NCBI GenBank assembly: GCA_965248265.1
Contig: CBDFJF010000002.1
Span: 2,400,001-2,464,000, forward strand
Length of the DNA stretch: 64,000 bases
Source of the DNA: Candidatus Latescibacterota bacterium
GTDB lineage: Bacteria; Latescibacterota; UBA2968; UBA8231
Reading direction: 5' to 3'
The position numbers and the translations under genes are program-made. The notes under the pieces were generated by a model. The model saw only the letters and a list, made by a program, of their open reading frames with translations, made no database searches and was not told where the DNA came from. This document shows positions 10,173 through 18,438 of this stretch, in pieces; position 1 is the first letter of the stretch, and every line of letters begins with the position of its first letter.

Positions 10173-11603
10173 TCACTGCACGCCGGAGCTGCGGAAACTG
10201 TACAGGTGCGAGTCCCTCATCAAGAAGACCAGGCGGACATCGCGGCCCGCGAGTTCGCTCATGCTCCTGTCGCCGGGCCATCGGATCGTGGCGGCGTCCG
10301 TGTCGCCTCTGGCGGGATGGTTGCCCTCGAAGGGCGTTCGCCTGTCTCCCGAGAACCCCTCAATCGCCTGGCCATCCGCGTCCCATACCTCAACGAACAT
10401 CTCGCCGCCTTTGAGCCGTGGATCGGCGTCGAGCTCGCGCGTGGTCGAGGCGTTCAGCATCAGATCACCGCCTGGCCACTTCATCGGTTTCGTGACCAGC
10501 CTTCCGTCCATGTAGCCGGCGGAGACCGACACGAAGCGATCGACGGTGATCTCGGCGAGGCCAATGTTGCCGACTTTGTGGGGCCCTTTCTTCACATGGA
10601 TGTGGGAGCCGCTCTTGCCGCCGAAGTAGATCCTGAGCTGGTTGCCGTCCTGAACGGGACCACCCGACGCGCAGGTGGTCCAGCCGGCATTCCAGGGGAA
10701 GGTCGGGCCGATGAAGGCCTCCCGTCGCGGCGGCATGTGCCAGGTGTCGAGGTCATGACTCCAGACCAGCATGATCTCGAAGTGAGTGGGGGCCCCGAAC
10801 CAGCGCTCCGCCAGGCCGAGGTACATGTCGCCGTAGGGAAAGCCGACCATGCCGTGATATTGGACATCCGGCGGATCGAGCAGGTCTGACCTGAGGATGA
10901 TTTTTGTGTCGGAGAAGCTCTTGAGGTCGGCGCCCCGGGACATCCCGACGCTGCGCCGGGCGGGGCTCTGGTCCTCCTTGTAGGTGACGACGAATTCTCC
11001 GTTGACCTTGCGGGCCCACAGATAGTAGACGTCACTCCCGGCCAGGGCCCGGGTACCCTCGCGACCGGCCGTGAACTCGTGCATGTGCTCGGCGGGCGGA
11101 TAGGGCACGACGACATCGAGCTCGGTCCAGTGGTAACCGTCCTTGCTGACGGCTTCGTACATGCCGTAGACGGGGTGGCCCGTCTTGCTGGGACCGCGGT
11201 GCACCATCGTGCGAAAAGGGTACTCCTCGTCGTCGGGGTCGTAGTAGACGGACACGCAACGGCAGTGCGTGATGGCGATGTTGTTCTTCTTGCTGCCGCG
11301 GAATTCGTGAATGCCCAGCTCAGGTCGCGTCCAATGGAAGCCGTCGGTGCTGTCGGCGACGCACATGGCGGCGCGAAAGTCCGGTGAAGCCGTGGTGTAG
11401 TACATCCTCCAGGCGTCGCCGATTTTGAGCACCGTGCCGTAGAACGCGAGCGTCGTGCCCTCCCACGGCATCTCGGGGCGCATGACCGGCTCCGGATAGA
11501 GGTTCGGCTTGTGCCAGATGCGCGTGAGCATCGACTGCTCGTCGATCCAGGTGTCGTCGAGGAACAGCTGGCTCTTCGTGAGGTCGGGTTCGAGATGCGG
11601 CAT
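10173..11603 (-). CDS. GH32-like five-bladed beta-propeller protein (divergent paralog 1)
   Basis: QLFLDD, S.DG.HW repeats, DRFVS, C-terminal HLYSF; GGAG RBS. Confidence 0.75.
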   Translation of the reverse strand: MPHLEPDLTKSQLFLDDTWIDEQSMLTRIWHKPNLYPEPVMRPEMPWEGTTLAFYGTVLKIGDAWRMYYTTASPDFRAAMCVADSTDGFHWTRPELGIHEFRGSKKNNIAITHCRCVSVYYDPDDEEYPFRTMVHRGPSKTGHPVYGMYEAVSKDGYHWTELDVVVPYPPAEHMHEFTAGREGTRALAGSDVYYLWARKVNGEFVVTYKEDQSPARRSVGMSRGADLKSFSDTKIILRSDLLDPPDVQYHGMVGFPYGDMYLGLAERWFGAPTHFEIMLVWSHDLDTWHMPPRREAFIGPTFPWNAGWTTCASGGPVQDGNQLRIYFGGKSGSHIHVKKGPHKVGNIGLAEITVDRFVSVSAGYMDGRLVTKPMKWPGGDLMLNASTTRELDADPRLKGGEMFVEVWDADGQAIEGFSGDRRTPFEGNHPARGDTDAATIRWPGDRSMSELAGRDVRLVFLMRDSHLYSFRSSGVQ

Positions 11604-11736
11604 CGAATGTTCTCCGGTAGTCTGTGTTTGCGTGGATGAGCTACACGAAATTCCGGCAGCTGTCAATCCCAGAGCTGGTCGGTACGGGGCGAAAACCGTG
11701 ATCCCCCCCTGGTCTTGCGAAATAGAGCCAACCGTT

Positions 11737-11979
11737 GAGAATGGCGACTTCTACGTGTCAGATGGGTATGGTCAACACCGGGTGCATCGGTTTTCCGCCG
11801 CAGGGGATCTGCTGCAGTCGTGGGGACAGGAAGGGCCGGAACCCGGCAATTTCACGCTGCCGCACAACATCGCCATGGCCCCGGACGGCACCATCGCGGT
11901 TGCTGACCGCGAGCCGAATCAGCGCATCCAGTTCTTTGATCTCGAGGGGAACTTCAAGAATGAGTGGCGGGGCCGGCTG
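11737..11979 (+). pseudogene. NHL-repeat protein fragment truncated at site A1
   Basis: GDFYVSDGYG.HRVHRF, PGNFTLPHNI, VADRE.NQRIQFFD; no plausible start; ends at repeat boundary. Confidence 0.75.
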
Positions 11980-12563
11980 GCGCTTAGTGAGGATAAAATA
12001 GGTTGGGGGTATCCATTTAACCGGACTATACACTGAGTGTTGTAGTATCAACGCGGATTCCCGCATTTTCAGGAGGCAGAAAGTATAGATCGGATGCTCC
12101 TCGGAGCGTCGCTGGTAGTTGCTGAAAATGCGCTCGACAAACCGGCCCATAGCCACGGCGTGAGAAAGAACGGCTCCGAAGCGAGCGAAGAGGATGTTGT
12201 CTCGTAGGAGTTCCAGCTTGCCGAACGCCTCTACCCCTGCCGTATTGAGTTGCCATCTTCGGGGCGGATTTCCCCTTGGGGCTCGTTGGAATTGTCGAGC
12301 CGCCCTCAATGCTACACACGACGAAAGTACCGGCCCCGTTGATAAACGTCGACAGAATCGCCACGGGCGGGCATCTCATCCACTTTTGGGTCATCTTCTT
12401 ACTATTTTTCCGAGGGGTCATGGCAAAGAAAGACCACGAAGGGACGCAGGGGCCGGGTTCGACCTCAAGATCTGGTATCCAGTCCGATTAAATGGATACC
12501 CCCAAAATAGGTTATCGTTACTCAGTCAGTTATTTTGGCAATTTGCCAGCGTTGATGGCGGTT
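11980..12563. repeat. About 80-bp repeat copy 1 with dif-like site A1, split by MITE
   Basis: GCGCTT AGTGAGGATAA AATAGG TT[MITE+TSD]ATCGTTACT CAGTCAG TTATTTTGGCAATTTGCCAGCGTTGATGGCGGTT; near-identical to 22541-22618 and 31626-31704. Confidence 0.9.
12005..12503. mobile_element. 499-bp MITE / non-autonomous IS derivative
   Basis: TIRs GGGGGTATCCATTTAACCGGACT (12005-12027) and AGTCCGATTAAATGGATACCCCC (12481-12503), 22/23 match; 10-bp TSD AAAATAGGTT at 11995-12004 and 12504-12513. Confidence 0.92.
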
Positions 12564-12750
12564 TGAGGAACCTCATCTCGGTCGCTACTGGGAATCGGAC
12601 GAACAGAATCAGGAGCGCTGGGACACGATTGTCGTCGACGATGACTTCCTGGATCTGTTGGACATCGGTATCGAGACCGGGACGCTGTCGCCCCAGGGTG
12701 GGAGACTGATGGATGGCGACACCTGTCTGCTCAACGAGGAGGCGGTTAGG
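12562..12750 (+). pseudogene. Possible MacB/FtsX-type ABC permease periplasmic fragment
   Basis: VVDDDFLDLLDI...G...CLLNEEAVR resembles VDxDF..GI..G...INE.A; no start codon. Confidence 0.4.
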
Positions 12751-12846
12751 CCTCAAGGTGAGGAAGGTGAACAGCTCGGCAGCGGCTGAACGCCCGGAGG
12801 TGAAGGGGAGGTCTTCTCAGAAAGCCCTAAACCGCGGGAACCGCCA

Positions 12847-12895
12847 AATGTTACATAGGGTTTACAATGTTACATAGAGTTTAGAGTTTACATAG
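12847..12895 (+). promoter_or_regulatory. Tandem TGTTACATAGRGTTTA repeats upstream of secreted FlgD-domain gene
   Basis: AATGTTACATAGGGTTTAC AATGTTACATAGAGTTTAG AGTTTACATAG; AT-rich within GC-rich DNA. Confidence 0.55.
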
Positions 12896-12959
12896 TCTGT
12901 CCGGTGCCAGTCCTATTTTCTCGACTGACCTTTGCACGCCAAGACCTGCGGAGTTGCCC

Positions 12960-15900
12960 ATGAGAAAGTGGTGGTCGGGGAGGTGCGTAGTCGCCGTGCT
13001 TGTGCTGGGAGCCTCCACCCCTCTACAGGCACAGAACCGGGAGGGGTACTCCCTGCGGGGCAATCGGATTTTCGTCGATCGGTCGCGGCACTGGGAGGAC
13101 TGGAACTTCCCCTCCTATCTGGTGCGCGTCGACTCCGACGGCTCCGTGCGTGCGCGCAACTTCCGCGGGATAACGGATCTCCTGCAAGATTCGACCGGCT
13201 TCGCTCGCCAGGTCACCGTGAACTCGCCCACTCCCCGCATCCTCAACATGGACAGCACCCGGGTGGTCGGCTCCACGGGAGAGTTCCTCAAGGACTTCAA
13301 TGACAACTTCGTCTACAGCTACCTCGTCAGACCGGGGGTGAGCCGCGCCGGCTCCAACATCCACCTGGCCGGTAACATCATCGACGGCGACCCGAACACC
13401 TACTGGGAGCCCGACCCGAACGACCCCATCGAGGACTGGTGGGTCGAGGTGGACGTGGGCCGGGTCGCCTACGTGGAACGGCTGCGCTTCTTCTTCGCCG
13501 AGAAGGGGATGGGCGACCCCTTCTACCAGTTCATCCTGTACCTGGGAAAAAGGCAGAGCAATCACCTGACGGACGATCCCACTCCTTCCTACACCGTCCT
13601 CAACCCGATCGAGCATGGGGGAAACGTCGATCAGCGGGCCTTCGTCTACGAGGCGGATCGCGTCAATGACGAGCTCCCCGAGGACCGGCGGGCTGACCCA
13701 GACCTGATTCTGGGGCGGTCTCCGACCGACTGGACCGGCACCTTGCTCGAGGTCGTCCGCTTCCAGATCACGGGTACGCGAGGCATACGGGCCGAGCTGG
13801 TCAGCCGGGAGGAATGGGAGGCCCTGCCTCCCGGCGAGCGGGGCGAGGTCATCTACTGGCTGCAGGATGGGACCTTCGAGGAACCGGTCGAGCCGGCAGT
13901 ATATGCGACTCTTGCGCCGGAACGGCAGGGCCGCATCGACCACTACCGCCGGGAGCTGCCCCGGCTGAGCGAGGTCGAGGCCTGGGGTTGGGGAGACGAA
14001 ATCGGCCAGGCGGCGCAAAGCGGCGGCGGGGTGGTTGAGCTGACCTCTCCCGGAAACCCCAGCCGGATCTTCGACGGCGACTACAATACCCACGTCCAGT
14101 TGAGGACCTTGGATCGCTTGCTTCCGGGGGGCAACACCCTGGATGTGGATCTGGGATCCGCCGTCTGGCTGGACCGGATGATCGTCATCGGCGGCCCCCG
14201 CGGTTTCATCGTCCGCGGATCCACCGGCGCCCGGGGGCTGGGCGGCTACTTCCAGTGGGAGCAGCTCAATCCGGACGAGTGGGAGGATCACCGCTTGAGC
14301 TACGAGCAGGTCGCCATCTTCGATCCGCCCCGCCAGGTCCGCCACCTGCAGATGATCGCCCTGGCCAACGCCGCCGACCGGAACGAGATCAGCAGCAAGT
14401 TCTGGCCGCGGATTCGGGCCATCATGCTCTTCTCCGCGGGCACTCCGGCCCAGACCATCCTCGAGTCCCCCGTGATCGAGCTGCCCCGCCTCTACAACAT
14501 CGGCACCGTGCGCTGGGTGGCGGACGAGCCCCCGGGGTCCGAAGTGACGATCCGCACCCGCACCGGCACCGAGCTGGTAGAGGAAATCCACTACTACGAC
14601 AGGAACGGCGTCGAGAAGACGGAGAAGGAGCACAAGCGCTTGCCCCGTTCCCTCAAGGGACTGATCGACACCGCCATCGTCGCCGGCCCCGGCTGGAGTC
14701 CGTGGAGCGAAGAGATCGAGGTGTCTGGGGGTCAGGCCAAGTCGCCGGGACCGCGCCGCTTCCTGATGATCCAGGCCCGCCTGCTCAGTCACGACCGCCA
14801 GGCCGTGCCCTCCATCGAGTCGCTCACCGTGGAGCTGCTGGCGCCGGTGGCGCAGCAGCTGGGGGCAGAGGTCTGGCCCGAGGTGGCGACGGCCGGCGTT
14901 CTGGACACCTTCGAGGTCTACGTGCAGCCGCAGTTTCTCGAGCAGCCGGACACGGACCGCAGTCCCGGCCTCGACGAGGTCTTGCTGCACGGCGACCCGC
15001 CCCTCGACCTGTACCTGGTCGACGCCGCACTCGGCACCGAGTCCGAGCTCGTCCGGGGCGGGCCCCACGTGCTCTTCGAGCGGAGGGCTGATGGAGGCCT
15101 ACGGAGCGCGGACGGCCAGACCCTGCGCGTGATCAGCGAGGGGGACTCCCTGTGGTTCCGCCTGCCGTCCCCCGTGGGCAGCGCCTCCTCCGAGCTGGTA
15201 GGCCGGAGCTACTACCGACGTCTCGAAGTCGGGGCGCAAGTGCCGGCCAACCTGGCCGACAATCTGTTGAGCGTCAATGGCTACCTCGGATTGCCCGAAG
15301 AAGAGCGTGGCGCGATACGGTACTACCGCCGGGTCGCTGGGGCGCTTGTCGAAGTGGACAACGAGGCATACTACGAGCTGCCCGAAGAAGAGCGGGTGCC
15401 GATCCGGTATTACCGCATCGTCACCAGTCTCGGACAACAGACCGTCTTCGACGCGCGCGGAGACACTCTGGACCGCATCGGCCACGCCCGGCTGGGCGCG
15501 GACGAGCGCGGCTGGGTAGTCGGCCCGGGACGGCTCCTGCGCCTGCGCTTTGCCACCGTGGCCTACCTTCAGAGCACCCGGTTGCGGCTGTCCGTGCGCG
15601 AGAGCAGCGCGGCGCCGGACTGGCAGACCGCCGACGGGCAGGACGTGACCGGCCTGCGGCCGGCGAGCACCCTCGTCATCGCGACCCCGCCCAAAGCCAA
15701 CGTCCTCGGCGACCTGGCCATCGCTGCCAATCCCCTCACCCCCAACGGCGACGGCATCAACGACGAGGCCCAGATCGCTTTCTCCCTGTTCCAGGTCGCC
15801 GCGGCCCGTCCGGTGGTCCTGCGCATCTTCACCTTGGGGGGTGACGCCGTGCGCAGGCTGGAACAGCAGTTGACGGGAGGACCGCAGAGCTTCGCCTGGG

Positions 15901-16022
15901 ACGGCCGCGACGACGGCGGCGATCTCGTGCCTCCCGGCCTCTACCTGTGCCAGATCGAGGCATCGACGGATGCCTTGGACAAGAAGCATAGGGAGACTCG
16001 CGTAATCGGTGTCGTCTATTGA
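12960..16022 (+). CDS. Large secreted protein with discoidin-like domains and C-terminal TPNGDGxND/FlgD-Ig domain (paralog 1)
   Basis: Signal peptide; IIDGDPNTYW, WWVEVDVG; IRTRTG..WSPWS..SPGPRRF module; LTPNGDGINDE...WDGRDD.G.LVPPGLY...VVY; GGAG RBS. Confidence 0.85.
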   Translation: MRKWWSGRCVVAVLVLGASTPLQAQNREGYSLRGNRIFVDRSRHWEDWNFPSYLVRVDSDGSVRARNFRGITDLLQDSTGFARQVTVNSPTPRILNMDSTRVVGSTGEFLKDFNDNFVYSYLVRPGVSRAGSNIHLAGNIIDGDPNTYWEPDPNDPIEDWWVEVDVGRVAYVERLRFFFAEKGMGDPFYQFILYLGKRQSNHLTDDPTPSYTVLNPIEHGGNVDQRAFVYEADRVNDELPEDRRADPDLILGRSPTDWTGTLLEVVRFQITGTRGIRAELVSREEWEALPPGERGEVIYWLQDGTFEEPVEPAVYATLAPERQGRIDHYRRELPRLSEVEAWGWGDEIGQAAQSGGGVVELTSPGNPSRIFDGDYNTHVQLRTLDRLLPGGNTLDVDLGSAVWLDRMIVIGGPRGFIVRGSTGARGLGGYFQWEQLNPDEWEDHRLSYEQVAIFDPPRQVRHLQMIALANAADRNEISSKFWPRIRAIMLFSAGTPAQTILESPVIELPRLYNIGTVRWVADEPPGSEVTIRTRTGTELVEEIHYYDRNGVEKTEKEHKRLPRSLKGLIDTAIVAGPGWSPWSEEIEVSGGQAKSPGPRRFLMIQARLLSHDRQAVPSIESLTVELLAPVAQQLGAEVWPEVATAGVLDTFEVYVQPQFLEQPDTDRSPGLDEVLLHGDPPLDLYLVDAALGTESELVRGGPHVLFERRADGGLRSADGQTLRVISEGDSLWFRLPSPVGSASSELVGRSYYRRLEVGAQVPANLADNLLSVNGYLGLPEEERGAIRYYRRVAGALVEVDNEAYYELPEEERVPIRYYRIVTSLGQQTVFDARGDTLDRIGHARLGADERGWVVGPGRLLRLRFATVAYLQSTRLRLSVRESSAAPDWQTADGQDVTGLRPASTLVIATPPKANVLGDLAIAANPLTPNGDGINDEAQIAFSLFQVAAARPVVLRIFTLGGDAVRRLEQQLTGGPQSFAWDGRDDGGDLVPPGLYLCQIEASTDALDKKHRETRVIGVVY

Positions 16023-16074
16023 GAAAAGCCCCGTCTTCACCCTTGTCCGTATCCCGCCGACGAGGGCGCCCTGC

Positions 16075-16150
16075 TACGACTTCGTCGACGGGCCAGTAGA
16101 GCTTCCTCAGGCTCAACGGGGGATCGACCCTTTTGCCGTGGCTTTCGCAT
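16075..16150 (-). pseudogene. 5-prime relic of a putative glycoside-hydrolase-like gene (same family as 31338-31523)
   Basis: RBS + MRKP, frameshift, then HGKRVDPPLSLRKLYWPVDEVV, matching HAKRLDPPVSLHKLRWPVDELL at 31.4 kb. Confidence 0.7.
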
Positions 16151-16205
16151 AGTGATCCTCCTGTGGGCATTGGTTAACCTTTGACCGGCCGTGTCTGCAA
16201 GCTTC

Positions 16206-17933
16206 CTACTCGATCCAGAAGGAATACAGCTTGGCATCTTTCAGATGAAACGCGAGGCGGATGTAGCGGTCATTCAGACTTCCCAGTTTCTTCTCGTTGC
16301 TCCAGCCGACGCGTTGGCGGGTCGAGTCGCCACGGACCGCCTGGCAATTTTCCTCACCAAAGCCGTCGATCCGACTGCCGTCTTCCGCCACGACCGAGGC
16401 ACGAACGTAGCCGTTGGGACAAACGTCGGCGTTGACGAACAGCTTGCCTTCCCCCTCAAACACCAGTGGGCGCGTTATCACGACGCCGGCCTCTTCGGCG
16501 GCATTGAGCGAAGCGAAGCCGTCGCGGCGGAGGATCGCCAATCCAGTTTTTTGCGCCCAAGAGTTCTTGGGGCCGTCTCCATTCGAGCCCATGTAGTAGA
16601 ACCACAGCTCGTCGTCCTTCAACAGTGGGCCGCTGACGGTGGGCGCATGGGCCATCTGTAGATAGTGCGGTTTCCAACTGCCCTCCGGCCCCATCGGAAT
16701 GAACGGCTTCCGGTCGCCGAGGTAGTAGAAGTGTCGTCCGTCCCGGCTCCCGGCCAGACGAAGCCAGTTGCGCTTCATCCAGGGCCGGGTTGGCATCAGG
16801 TTGCGCTCCCGGCTGTCTTCGCGGCTGGCCGGATGGTAGCAAGTCATCGAGAAGCAGTTCAGCCACATGCTTTCGTAGCAGAAGCCGTCGGCCTTGTAGA
16901 CGCCTTGCATGCCGGGGGTCTTGGCATCTTCGCCATCGGGATAGGCATAGATCCGCGGACTGGACCAGTGGATCAAGTCGTCGCTCTCGCACATGGCCAT
17001 GGCGCGGGCCGAATGCCACACGGGGGTCACCTGGTGGTCGGGTCCGATGACGTGCTTGGTGTTGGCGACATATTTTTGGAGCTTTTTATCCCACCTCACG
17101 TGCAACACGTCGCCGACCCCGACCGGCTGATGATCCGGCGCCTGAAAGACGCAGGCGCCCTTCGGCAGGGAGACGTGGGTCTTGACGGTCCATCGGATCC
17201 CGTCCGGCGAGACGGAGAGAGCGTGCATAGAGCCCTGAGCCGGTTGGGACTCGTCATATCTGTGCCCGGTCGGCCAGATCAGTTCGCCCACGCCCGGCGC
17301 TTGAACGAGAAGATTCGTGGTCGGGTCGCGCCGATGCGCCCAGGTCACCTTCTTCATCGGAGCGCCGCCAATCGCCTTCCACCGCTGCGAGGGGTCCGGA
17401 TCATCGGGCTCGTAGAACAGCCCGGCCGAAAAACCGCGTCCAAGGATCACGTTGTTCGGGCCGCCGACAAAGCGCTGCGGTTCGGCGGAGTGGTCGTAGA
17501 TATCCAGATCGGGTTTTTCCCAGTTCACGCCGTCGGTGGAATAGGCCATGTACATCAAACCGCCGGGCCCGCCGTAGTACATGCGATAGCCATGCTCATC
17601 GTCCGGGCACACGAAATGCCCGTAGGCGCTACTGAGGCCGTCGCCGCGAATATGGGTCAAAACCGGGTTGGCGGGATGATCCCGCGGACTGTGAAACCGG
17701 CGCTTCAGCCCCCGCTGGTGCGCTATAAGAAAATCATCGACGAAAAGCTGTCGTGTCGTGTCGATCTTCATGCGCCAGAGGCACAGATCCTCGGGGAACA
17801 TTAAACGCTCGTTGAGCATGATGCCGTACCCGCGAGGAAACACCGACCAGTCGGTCACCAGGTCGGATTCGTCCCACGGGGGCTGAATGTTCCGGTCGTC
17901 CACCTCTACGGCGAGTGTCTTTGTCTGGGCCAT
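16206..17933 (-). CDS. GH32-like beta-propeller protein (paralog 2)
   Basis: RQLFVDD, YSTDGVNW, ESDDLIHWS, LRRDGFASL, KLYSFWIE; GGAG RBS. Confidence 0.8.
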   Translation of the reverse strand: MAQTKTLAVEVDDRNIQPPWDESDLVTDWSVFPRGYGIMLNERLMFPEDLCLWRMKIDTTRQLFVDDFLIAHQRGLKRRFHSPRDHPANPVLTHIRGDGLSSAYGHFVCPDDEHGYRMYYGGPGGLMYMAYSTDGVNWEKPDLDIYDHSAEPQRFVGGPNNVILGRGFSAGLFYEPDDPDPSQRWKAIGGAPMKKVTWAHRRDPTTNLLVQAPGVGELIWPTGHRYDESQPAQGSMHALSVSPDGIRWTVKTHVSLPKGACVFQAPDHQPVGVGDVLHVRWDKKLQKYVANTKHVIGPDHQVTPVWHSARAMAMCESDDLIHWSSPRIYAYPDGEDAKTPGMQGVYKADGFCYESMWLNCFSMTCYHPASREDSRERNLMPTRPWMKRNWLRLAGSRDGRHFYYLGDRKPFIPMGPEGSWKPHYLQMAHAPTVSGPLLKDDELWFYYMGSNGDGPKNSWAQKTGLAILRRDGFASLNAAEEAGVVITRPLVFEGEGKLFVNADVCPNGYVRASVVAEDGSRIDGFGEENCQAVRGDSTRQRVGWSNEKKLGSLNDRYIRLAFHLKDAKLYSFWIE

Positions 17934-17959
17934 ATCGGGCAACTCCGTGCTCGGCGTTT

Positions 17960-18046
17960 GAAGCGGTTCTCTGTCCTGCTGACCGGGATGTACCGCGACA
18001 GCGAAGAGCAACTCATGCCGGGCATCTTCGCGTACTCACCGTCGGG
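17960..18046 (-). pseudogene. Internal relic of a further beta-propeller paralog, cut at site A2
   Basis: PDGEYAKMPGM then SCSSLSRYIPVSRTENR; 18014-18046 matches 43512-43544 at 30/33 nt. Confidence 0.7.
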
Positions 18047-18051
18047 GCAAG

Positions 18052-18090
18052 ACGGATAGTGGTTATAAACACGCTATCGGGAGTCGGTCA
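18052..18090. repeat. dif-like site A2
   Basis: ACGGAT AGTGGTTATAA ACACG CTATCGGGAGT CGGTCA (5-bp spacer, degenerate). Confidence 0.6.
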
Positions 18091-18233
18091 AGTGGATTCT
18101 TGGGCTTTGCGACCGCCGTCGCGGGTTTTCGGGGGTGACCATCGGCGAGTGGCTCGACTGCGCAGCCTGATTCGGGCCGCCGCGCCTGATCGATCCCCAA
18201 GGCCCTCTCGACATGACGCCCCAACCGATCTAG

Positions 18234-18262
18234 ACTACTGATAATGCCCTCTTATCCTTCCT
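18234..18262. repeat. dif-like site B1
   Basis: ACTACTGATAA TGCCCTC TTATCCTTCCT; left arm identical to B3. Confidence 0.7.
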
Positions 18263-18438
18263 CCTGATTCGGCCGCTGGTCTGATCAGGCGCGCCCCTAC
18301 AGGCCTTGGCGGCGCTCGACGAAGGCCGCATGCTGAGCGTGGCCGACAATACCAGACGCCGATTCAAGGAAAAATGACCTTCAAAAGTGTCCGACAAAGA
18401 TTCGGTTAAGCACATGTGACCTACCAAGGGAGGCCAAT

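Noticed and set aside
11758-12421. ORFs inside the MITE as a transposase
   Set aside because: No recognisable DDE or HTH motif; too short.
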